Below, piece by piece: positions 46,848 through 54,954 of a stretch of 64,000 bases of DNA. Origin of the DNA: an uncultured Rikenellaceae bacterium (lineage in GTDB: Bacteria > Bacteroidota > Bacteroidia > Bacteroidales > VadinHA17); assembly GCA_964481765.1 (NCBI GenBank), contig CAYZVJ010000001.1:18452-82451 (forward strand). The letters are read 5' to 3'. The notes beneath the pieces were generated by a model. That model saw only the letters and a list, made by a program, of their open reading frames with translations, was not told where the DNA came from and ran no database searches. Within the stretch, counting starts at the first letter, position 1; each line of letters opens with the position of its first letter. Made by a program: the position numbers and the translations under genes.

Positions 46848-49352
46848 ATGAGAAAGATTACGTTCGTCCTATTCATGATTGCATGTTTAAGCATGGGTAC
46901 AATCCTTGGGCAGCATGCCGAAGTTACCAAAGCAAACTATGCCCTCGCCGCCCGGTTTTCCCCGGAAAAAATTAAAAAGATGGTCTTTTCTACTTCTGTG
47001 GATGCTCACTGGTTGAAACTGTCCGACCGGTTCTGGTATTCTTTTGAAACACCAAAAGGAAAAACCTTTTATATCGTTGATCCAGTCCGTAAAACCAAAA
47101 CGGAGATATTTGATAATGTGAAAATGGCTGCAGACCTTACTCGTTTTACAAAAGATCCGTATGATGCAGTGCACCTGCCGATCGAAAAAATCAAATTTGT
47201 TAATAATGAGAAAGCGATTCAGTTTGAAGTGGAAAGCACGCAGGAGGAGGTGAAAAAGGAGGAAGCGGATACAACCAGGATGGACCGGGATAAAGAGAAA
47301 AGCTCCAAAAAGGGAAAACCCGAAAAGAAGAAGTTTTATTTTCAGTATGATCTTGCCAGCCGTGTTGTAACCCTTCTGGAAGATTATGAAAAACCCAAGG
47401 ATAATCCACGATGGGCTTCCATTTCACCCGATGGGGAAACGATCCTATTTGCCAAACAGTATAACCTTTACTGGATGGACAGGGAAAACTACCAGAAAGC
47501 CCTGGAAGATGAGGAGGATTCAACCATTGTTGAACACCAGCTTACCAGGGACGGAGAAGAGTATTACAGTTATGGTTATGAAAGAGGGGAAACCAATGTG
47601 GATAAAGAAAAAAATAAGGACAAACGAAATCCGGCAAGCGTTGTCTGGTCACCTGATTCGAAAAAAATTGCCCTTACCCGATCCGATAGCAGGGAAGTAA
47701 AAGATCTTTGGGTAATCAATGCTATTGCAGAACCCCGCCCAACCCTGGAAACGTACAAATACCATATGCCCGGGGAAGAAGAATCACCCCAGGTCGAATT
47801 GCTGGTCATTGATATGGTTACAAAGGAGAAACTGCAGGTAGAGGCAGATGCTTTTCAAGATCAGACAATATCTATACTGACTGCACCACGTCTGGCAAAA
47901 AACCGGGATGATGATTACCGTCCCCGTGTTTGGCTTGCTACGACTGCAGACAAGGTTTATTTTACCAGGACAAGCAGGGATTTAAAGAGAATAGATGTCT
48001 GTGTTGCAAATAGTTCAACCGGAGAAGTTAAAGTGCTTGTTGAAGAACGGTTAAACACCTATGTAGAGACCAGACCATTGGGTCTGGTGAATAATGGAAT
48101 GGAACTGATCCACTGGTCAGAACGGGATGGATGGGCCCATTTCTATCTCTATGACGAACAGGGGAACATGAAAAAACAAATTACCAGCGGTCCCTTTCAT
48201 TGTGAAAGCATTGAAGCGATTGATGAAAAGAACAGGATCCTCTATTTCACGGCAAATGCCAGGGAAAGCAATGAAGATCCTTATTACCTGCACCTTTACC
48301 GGGTTAATTTTGATGGTACCGGCCTCAAGCTCTTAAACAAAGGGAATTTTAACCATACTGTAAGCATGAACGATGCGCACACCTGTTTCGTGAACACCTA
48401 CTCCTGCGTGAACATAATCCCCAAGTCGGAGTTGCGGGATAACCAGGGCAACGTTATGATAGAGCTTGAGACAGCAGACCTTTCCCTGTTGTTTGAAGCC
48501 GGTTACCAGTTTCCTGAACCCTATATGGTTAAAGCGGATGATGGTATGACCGACCTGTATGGCGTGATGTATAAACCGTTTGATTTCGATTCGACAAAAA
48601 AGTATCCCATTATTGCCTATGTCTATCCCGGACCGCAGACGGAATCAGTAAACAAATCGTTTTCGGTAAGCATGGACCGTACCGATCGACTGGCTCAATT
48701 TGGTTTTATTGTTATTACTATTGGTAACCGCGGCGGACATCCAAGCCGGTCGAAATGGTACCACAATTACGGGTACGGGAACCTTCGTGACTACGGATTG
48801 GCCGATAAAAAAGCAGCCATAGAACAACTGGCTGACAGGTATTCCTGTATCAATATTGATAAAGTGGGCATATTTGGTCATTCCGGAGGGGGATTTATGT
48901 CAACTGCAGCCATGCTTGTATATCCCGATTTTTTCAAGGTTGCTGTTTCATCTTCAGGCAATCATGAAAACAACATCTATAACCGGTGGTGGAGTGAAAA
49001 ACACCACGGTGTCAAGGAAGTCGTTGATGAAGATGGCAATATAACATTTGAATACGATATTGATAAAAACTCGGAGCTTGCCGAAAACCTCAAAGGCAGA
49101 CTCCTGATCTGTACCGGTGATATAGACAACAACGTCCACCCGGCAAATACCATTCGATTGGCAAACGCACTGATTAAGGCCAATAAACGGTTTGATTTTT
49201 TCATATTCCCGGGTCAACGACATGGATACGGTGACATGAACGAGTATTTTTTCTGGCTTCGCGGAGATTATTTTTGCAAACACCTTATCGGCGATTATGC
49301 AGACCAGGTGGATATCATCGAAATCATTCGGGAGAAGGAAAGGGATGAATAA
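46848..49352 (+). CDS. S9-family serine peptidase (dipeptidyl-peptidase IV-like: beta-propeller + alpha/beta hydrolase)
   Basis: Signal peptide. Catalytic Ser in GIFGHSGGGFMS, Asp in CTGDIDNNVHP, His in FPGQRHGYG (Ser-Asp-His order). N-terminal ~550-aa propeller-like region. Confidence 0.9.
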   Translation: MRKITFVLFMIACLSMGTILGQHAEVTKANYALAARFSPEKIKKMVFSTSVDAHWLKLSDRFWYSFETPKGKTFYIVDPVRKTKTEIFDNVKMAADLTRFTKDPYDAVHLPIEKIKFVNNEKAIQFEVESTQEEVKKEEADTTRMDRDKEKSSKKGKPEKKKFYFQYDLASRVVTLLEDYEKPKDNPRWASISPDGETILFAKQYNLYWMDRENYQKALEDEEDSTIVEHQLTRDGEEYYSYGYERGETNVDKEKNKDKRNPASVVWSPDSKKIALTRSDSREVKDLWVINAIAEPRPTLETYKYHMPGEEESPQVELLVIDMVTKEKLQVEADAFQDQTISILTAPRLAKNRDDDYRPRVWLATTADKVYFTRTSRDLKRIDVCVANSSTGEVKVLVEERLNTYVETRPLGLVNNGMELIHWSERDGWAHFYLYDEQGNMKKQITSGPFHCESIEAIDEKNRILYFTANARESNEDPYYLHLYRVNFDGTGLKLLNKGNFNHTVSMNDAHTCFVNTYSCVNIIPKSELRDNQGNVMIELETADLSLLFEAGYQFPEPYMVKADDGMTDLYGVMYKPFDFDSTKKYPIIAYVYPGPQTESVNKSFSVSMDRTDRLAQFGFIVITIGNRGGHPSRSKWYHNYGYGNLRDYGLADKKAAIEQLADRYSCINIDKVGIFGHSGGGFMSTAAMLVYPDFFKVAVSSSGNHENNIYNRWWSEKHHGVKEVVDEDGNITFEYDIDKNSELAENLKGRLLICTGDIDNNVHPANTIRLANALIKANKRFDFFIFPGQRHGYGDMNEYFFWLRGDYFCKHLIGDYADQVDIIEIIREKERDE

Positions 49353-49381
49353 AAAGAAAGTAAAAAGTAAAACGTAAAAAG

Positions 49382-49918
49382 TTAAAAGTTAGCTGCGAAT
49401 TCTGAGATGCCATGGATCAGTACAATTTCGCCGAAATAGATCCGGTGATAGTCTTCCAGGGGATAATTCCCGTGGATGGTTTGATCAAGGAAATGCTCCG
49501 GTTTGAAGTCGTCCCAGTAGATCTTTTTACACTCTACAATCAATAATGCTTCCAGGAATGTTGGAGCTTCAACCTTGGTGGAGGGGACAACCGTAAGTTC
49601 TGTTTCAGCCAGTTTGTCTCCGTCACGACCGGATGTGGAACCAAGAAGATTCAGATCCTCTTTGTAATTCTTGTCGAATGCCGAGAGTGTAAAGGTATCA
49701 TAGCGGTTCATGAATTCAAAGGTATAGCGGGTTGGCCTGACAACAACCACTGCAACCGGTTTATTCCACATGATGCCAAAATAACCCCAGCCAACGGTCA
49801 TCGTATTGTAATGATTGGCGGCATAGTCTCCGCTGGTTAGCAGGAACCACTGCTGATCCCAGAGATGATGGATTCGTGGCATGAACTCATAAACGGGTAT
49901 TTCTTTACGGTCTTTCAT
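49382..49918 (-). CDS. flavin reductase-like (FMN-binding split-barrel) protein
   Basis: YNTMTVGWGYFGIMWNKPVAVVVVRPTRYTFEFM resembles the flavin-reductase-domain core. 178 aa. Confidence 0.7.
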   Translation of the reverse strand: MKDRKEIPVYEFMPRIHHLWDQQWFLLTSGDYAANHYNTMTVGWGYFGIMWNKPVAVVVVRPTRYTFEFMNRYDTFTLSAFDKNYKEDLNLLGSTSGRDGDKLAETELTVVPSTKVEAPTFLEALLIVECKKIYWDDFKPEHFLDQTIHGNYPLEDYHRIYFGEIVLIHGISEFAANF

Positions 49919-49982
49919 AATGGGAGAGTGCTATTGAATAGAATGAAATTGTTGGGTGCCTTGTAAATGGAATTTCCATTTT

Positions 49983-52900
49983 TTATTTAATTACCACGGG
50001 GAAATCATGTCCCCGTGAGAACGTATAGGGGTATTGAGCCTGTCCCTTGTATATCTTTGAAAGGGCAGGCACCTGATCATCGAGAAACGATTTCAGTTCA
50101 TAGATGGTGACCTTCCCGTCTTTTGGGGCTCCGTCGGCGCTGCCATTCAATGCTTCCAGGATAACGTAGGTAAAAAGACCATGGCCAAGACTTCCCACTT
50201 CGGTTGCAAACTGTTCGCTACCGGCAGCGGCAAGCACATGGACCCCGGAACTTCGGGACATCTGTGCCAGCGCTTTCTCCTCCATGGCTCCCCGTTGGGC
50301 CAGAAGCTCGGTCGATCCACCCGATTGACAGGCATCGAGCACAACCAGTTGCTTTAATGCCTTGATGTTTTTGAATTTTTCCTGCATATCCCCGGCATAA
50401 ATGGATCCCTTGATCAGTTTATCCATCTGATATAAGCTTACACTTTCGGTCGGAATAAAGAAGAATTTATTTTCCACCATGCTTCCGTGTCCGGCATAAT
50501 AGAAGAAGAAAACATCCTCGGGATTGATTTTCACGGACAGGGTATCCAGCGCACTCAAAATATTTTCCCGGGTCGCTTCTTTATCATAAAGTTCGATCAG
50601 TTCGATTCGCTTGAACAGTTTTTGAGCACGCTCTCCAACAAGTTTTGCAAATGCCCGTGCATCTGCTTTTGCATAGTTTAGTTCAAGCTGGGGATTTTCA
50701 TATTTATTGATCCCGATCGCGATGACATAACAGATGGCGGTACTTTCCAGTCCTTTGTAATGGAGGATGATCTCTTCGGGCCGGGATTCAATCCTTCCGT
50801 CGCTGAATGCCGATAGTGAAAGGGTATTTTCTCCGGGGATGAGGCTAACCGTGTAGTTCTTCATGATCGACTGGCCTTCTCTCCCAGACCTTCCCAGTCC
50901 GCTGTTGTCAACGGGAAGGCTTTTCCCGTTATGCAACAGTTTTACCTCATTAATGCCACCCCCCGTGTTGGTAATTTTTGCAAAGATTTTAACGTCGCTG
51001 TTTTCCATTTCAGTACCGGATTTTGGGGTGATGATGGAAACAACGGGTGGGGGTGATTCTTCCAGTTTATTCAGGAGGTTGACGGGTTCTTCGATCAGCC
51101 CGCGGTTCCGGTATACTTCCTGCAGTAATCCGGGACGGTAAAACTCTTCAAAAAACTGGTCAATGTTATAGATTGTGGTTCCCCTGACAAAGAAAATTGA
51201 TTTTCTGGCTCCTTCCGAAGCATCGAAAAATCCCTCTTTCGTTTTGACCAACCAGTCCGATTCACCGAGAAAAATCTGGGTCAGCAATTCAGATCCTGTT
51301 TCGAGATCCCAGGTTTTGATGGTTCCGTCATGACTTCCGGTGATCAGGAATTTTCCATCCGGACTGATCTGCACTGAACTTACGGTCCCATTATGGCCGG
51401 TAAAGGTACGGATGACCTGTCCGGTTTTCGCATCCCAAAGTTTGGCTGTATTATCATCGCTTCCCGTGACGATTAAATCCCCTGTCTTATCAAAGTTCAC
51501 GGCATGGATCCGGGCGGAATGCCCACGGAATTTTTGTACCTGCAATCCGGTAGCTATATCCCACAGCTTAACCATTCCGTCGAAACTTCCCGATAGCATA
51601 TACTTACCATCAGGACTCATCCTGATCGTTGTAACGATCTGTGTATGTCCGATAAATTCCCGTATTTCCTCTCCTGTGTCGATTTCAAACAGCCTTAGTT
51701 TTTTTGGATTTTCACGGGTTGGCAGGACCGCTGAAACAACGTATAATCCGTTTCGGGTAAAGCGAACAGCATAGGGTGTTAAACTGGGAATTGATTGTAC
51801 CAGCTCACCCGCTTCAAGATCCCATACCCGTGTTCTTCCATCCCAGCTTCCCGTAGCCAGTGACTTGCCATCTGAGCTGAATGCAACGGTAAAAACCGGG
51901 ATATTGGATGTACGATCGGGAAGTGTATATAACAGTTCTCCGGAAGAGACATTCCAGATGCGTGCCGTACCATCCACACTGCCGGTAGCCAGGTAATGCC
52001 CGTCCGGGCTGAAATCGAGGGAGATAACCATGCCTTCGTGTCCAGTGTAAGTCTGAACCACCCTGCCGGTTGAAAAATTCATCAGTTTTGCATTGTTCCC
52101 GGTTTTGCCGATCACGATAAATTGCCCATCCGGACTTAACCGAACTTCATTGATGAAGGCAATCCAGTACATATAACCATCACTCAGCACGGCTTCATCA
52201 ACATCATTTAAAAATCCTCTCAGGGTAATGAAATTCTTCCCTGATGGGATCTCCCATATCGAGGCTGTCCTGTCTTCGCTTCCTGTAAGGAGAAAATTTC
52301 CGGCAGGAGATGGTTTCAGATCCGTAACATCCCTGAGGTGACCTTCGATGGTTGTCTCGGGCTTTCCGGTTCGTGCATTAAAAAGGGTTACCACCTTATA
52401 ATAGGATGAGACGATGTACTTTCCGTCCGGGGAATAATAAGCCCCACCCTCCCGGTTACTCCTGCCATCCATAACCCTGATTTTTTTACCCGATTCAATA
52501 TTCCAAACATGTATGGAATCGTAATTTGAGATGAATTCGGTTTCATCCGGGCTAAAACTGGCAGAAATAATGCATGAGGTACAGGAGGAGCGGTCACCCT
52601 TGAATTTTTTTATTTCCTTTCCCGATTGTAAATCAAAAAGAATGACGGTTCGGTCATTGCTGCCAACCAGTAAACGGGTGCCATCACGGCTGATTTCTAT
52701 TGAACCGGCTGACGGATAGGTAAAGTTTTTTTGCATGGTGATATCCTGAGGCACCGGGATAAATCGCCTGATCTCCTTGCCGGTGGAAAGATCCCAAAGG
52801 ATGGCATGGTTCCGTTCTGTTCCTGTAATCAGGTTGGCTCCCGGGGTAAACGCAGCACAAAAAATATCATCATCGGGAAGTACGATTGTCCGGATCAGCC

Positions 52901-53249
52901 GGCTGGTTTCTGTCTCCCAAAGTTTAAGTGAATAATCCTGGTCCACGGAAGCAATGAGTTTTCCATCCAGGCTAAAGGATAACTGCCTGGATTCCCCAAC
53001 ACTACCGAGGTATGAACGGATCTCCCGTCCGCTGGCAGCATGCCATAGCTTGATGGTCTTATCATTACTGCCTGTGGCAGCAAATTCCCCATCCGGACTG
53101 TATGCAACAGCGGTTACTGCTGCATAGTGCCCGGTCTGTATTACGGTTTCTATAGTCTGTTCCTGTGCAGTGAGCCTTGCAGACTGCAGGACAAAACATG
53201 CAGTGACACAAAGGAATGTAAGGGTAGATGAGGTTTTTTTCAAATCCAT
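49983..53249 (-). CDS. secreted WD40 double-propeller / Ig-like / caspase-like (peptidase C14) fusion protein
   Basis: Signal peptide MDLKKTSSTLTFLCVTACFVLQSARLTAQ. I count 14 WD40-like units (e.g. GHEGMVISLDFSPDGHYLATGSVDGTARIWN). The C-terminal ~250 aa carry YAGHGS (His codon 50487..50489) and VVLDACQSGG (Cys codon 50328..50330). Confidence 0.9.
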   Translation of the reverse strand: MDLKKTSSTLTFLCVTACFVLQSARLTAQEQTIETVIQTGHYAAVTAVAYSPDGEFAATGSNDKTIKLWHAASGREIRSYLGSVGESRQLSFSLDGKLIASVDQDYSLKLWETETSRLIRTIVLPDDDIFCAAFTPGANLITGTERNHAILWDLSTGKEIRRFIPVPQDITMQKNFTYPSAGSIEISRDGTRLLVGSNDRTVILFDLQSGKEIKKFKGDRSSCTSCIISASFSPDETEFISNYDSIHVWNIESGKKIRVMDGRSNREGGAYYSPDGKYIVSSYYKVVTLFNARTGKPETTIEGHLRDVTDLKPSPAGNFLLTGSEDRTASIWEIPSGKNFITLRGFLNDVDEAVLSDGYMYWIAFINEVRLSPDGQFIVIGKTGNNAKLMNFSTGRVVQTYTGHEGMVISLDFSPDGHYLATGSVDGTARIWNVSSGELLYTLPDRTSNIPVFTVAFSSDGKSLATGSWDGRTRVWDLEAGELVQSIPSLTPYAVRFTRNGLYVVSAVLPTRENPKKLRLFEIDTGEEIREFIGHTQIVTTIRMSPDGKYMLSGSFDGMVKLWDIATGLQVQKFRGHSARIHAVNFDKTGDLIVTGSDDNTAKLWDAKTGQVIRTFTGHNGTVSSVQISPDGKFLITGSHDGTIKTWDLETGSELLTQIFLGESDWLVKTKEGFFDASEGARKSIFFVRGTTIYNIDQFFEEFYRPGLLQEVYRNRGLIEEPVNLLNKLEESPPPVVSIITPKSGTEMENSDVKIFAKITNTGGGINEVKLLHNGKSLPVDNSGLGRSGREGQSIMKNYTVSLIPGENTLSLSAFSDGRIESRPEEIILHYKGLESTAICYVIAIGINKYENPQLELNYAKADARAFAKLVGERAQKLFKRIELIELYDKEATRENILSALDTLSVKINPEDVFFFYYAGHGSMVENKFFFIPTESVSLYQMDKLIKGSIYAGDMQEKFKNIKALKQLVVLDACQSGGSTELLAQRGAMEEKALAQMSRSSGVHVLAAAGSEQFATEVGSLGHGLFTYVILEALNGSADGAPKDGKVTIYELKSFLDDQVPALSKIYKGQAQYPYTFSRGHDFPVVIK

Positions 53250-53398
53250 GTTGACGGATAGATGAGTTCTTTTGAAAAGTAAGAAAAATTTTTTAGGTTG
53301 TGAAACATGTTTTACTGAAAAGAAAAGGGTTGACTGATCTTTATATAAAAAGTAAATTTAACCGTTAAACAAATGTTAAACCAAATACCACAACCGAA

Positions 53399-54934
53399 AT
53401 GGATATAAAAGATCATTTTATCAGTGATATTCCACGGAGGAAATTTCTGGATCTAACCTTCAAGGGGAGTCTTGCCCTTGTTGCCACTCCGGCAATCATG
53501 TCCAATCTTTGGTCCTGTAAATCCTTCACTTCCGGACCGGCTGAAGCGCTGGACCAGGGATTGCTGAACAGGGTCATTCAAAAAGCCCTGGAAAAAGGGG
53601 GTGAATTTGCTGAAGTGTATATTGAGAACAGGATTACCAGGAATATATCGATGGAAGAGTCCAAGTTTAAAAGCGGTACGTTCGGGATCGTCAAGGGAGC
53701 CGGTGTTCGGGTTATTGCCGGAGATAAAACCGGATATGCCTATACCGACGAGTTGTCGGAAGAAAAACTGATGCGGGCAGCCGAAGTTGCCTCGTATGTG
53801 GCCAGGGGTAGTCAGCAGGTTCCCCCGGTTGATATTCAGGAAGCCCATCGCGAATCGTTCATTACAGTACAGATCCCGCTTCAGGATCTGGCTGATGAGA
53901 AACGGTTGGAGGTCATGCAGCGCGCAAACCAGGCGGCACTTGACTACGATCCGAAAATTAAAATGGTAATCATCGATTACTATGACGAGGTGAGGGGAAG
54001 AACCATTGCCAATAGTGAAGGCGTTTACCTGAACGATGAATTACCCCAGCTTTTCTTTATCGTTCAGGCAATGGGTGTGGGTAACAATACACGCCACATG
54101 GCCAGGGAACGGCTGGGTCATCACTGTGGTTTCGAAATGTTCGACAAAGTGAGTCCGGAGGAAGTTGCACGCCGGGCTGCAAGGGAAGCCGTTGTGATGC
54201 TGGAAGCAGAAGATGCACCGGCCGGAATAATGGATGTTGTAATGCAAAACGGTTGGGGTGGCGTGCTGGTTCATGAAGCCGTGGGTCATCCCCTCGAAGC
54301 CGATAATATTGCAAAAGAAGTAGGTGCATTTACCGGCAAACTGGGCCAAAAGGTAGCAAGTGATCTGTTTACCATGGTGGATGACGGTTCCATACCCGAT
54401 CAACGCGGTACCACAAACTTTGATGATGAAGGAACACAGATGAAACGGAATGTGTTGATTGAAAAGGGTGTGCTGAAGAAATACATGACCGATATCCTTT
54501 CCGGTAAACAGATTAACATGGAAAGAACCGGAAACGGACGCCGTGAGTCATTCCGCCATATCCCTATCCCAAGAATGACCAACACATTCATTGAGCAGGG
54601 AGAAAACACTCCCGAAGATATTCTCTCTTCAACCAAAGAGGGTCTTTATGTTCAGAGCCTGAGCGGTGGGAGCGTAAATCCGGTTACCGGGATGTTCAAC
54701 TTTACCTGCCGGGAAGCATATCTCATCGAGAATGGAAAGAAAACCACACCGGTAAAAGGAGCTACACTGATCGGAAACTGCCTCGACGTAATCTCCGGGA
54801 TCGACGCGGTAGGCAATGACCTGGCATTCGGTCCCGGAATATGTGGTAAGGGACAAATGGCAGAAGTATCCGTCGGGCAACCAACCGTGCGGATCAGGGG
54901 AATTAATGTTGGTGGTAGCAGAACCAGATCGTAA
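53399..54934 (+). CDS. tldD: TldD-family metalloprotease with twin-arginine (Tat) signal
   Basis: N-terminal DIPRRKFLDLTFKGSLALVATPAIM (RRxFL Tat motif plus h-region). HEAVGH (HExxxH) at 54272..54289. GxC near the C-terminus (GPGICGKGQ). Confidence 0.9.
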   Translation: MDIKDHFISDIPRRKFLDLTFKGSLALVATPAIMSNLWSCKSFTSGPAEALDQGLLNRVIQKALEKGGEFAEVYIENRITRNISMEESKFKSGTFGIVKGAGVRVIAGDKTGYAYTDELSEEKLMRAAEVASYVARGSQQVPPVDIQEAHRESFITVQIPLQDLADEKRLEVMQRANQAALDYDPKIKMVIIDYYDEVRGRTIANSEGVYLNDELPQLFFIVQAMGVGNNTRHMARERLGHHCGFEMFDKVSPEEVARRAAREAVVMLEAEDAPAGIMDVVMQNGWGGVLVHEAVGHPLEADNIAKEVGAFTGKLGQKVASDLFTMVDDGSIPDQRGTTNFDDEGTQMKRNVLIEKGVLKKYMTDILSGKQINMERTGNGRRESFRHIPIPRMTNTFIEQGENTPEDILSSTKEGLYVQSLSGGSVNPVTGMFNFTCREAYLIENGKKTTPVKGATLIGNCLDVISGIDAVGNDLAFGPGICGKGQMAEVSVGQPTVRIRGINVGGSRTRS

Positions 54935-54954
54935 ATCTCAAAAAAATTGACATC

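Noticed and set aside
49353-49381. Low-complexity AAAGTAAAA-like run (aaaagaaagtaaaaagtaaaacgtaaaaagttaaaagtt) between the convergent S9 and flavin-reductase genes. A similar aaaagttaaatgttataagtt occurs after pmbA (56290..56310).
   Set aside because: These are imperfect, very short and A-rich, with no defined repeat unit or stem. They are probably just AT-rich convergent-terminator filler.
49382-49918. Whether the gene next to the caspase-like protease could be a bacterial gasdermin or another protease-activated effector.
   Set aside because: Its sequence (YNTMTVGWGYFGIMWNKPVAVVVVRP...) reads as a flavin-reductase-like split barrel of 178 aa, it lies downstream rather than upstream, and the protease itself appears to be exported. 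Nothing supports a gasdermin-type pair.
53250-53334. GTTGAC repeated at 53250..53255 and 53329..53334 in the caspase/tldD divergent spacer, considered as a possible shared operator or -35 element.
   Set aside because: A repeated hexamer within 149 nt is expected by chance (several such pairs are expected), and the flanks do not match.
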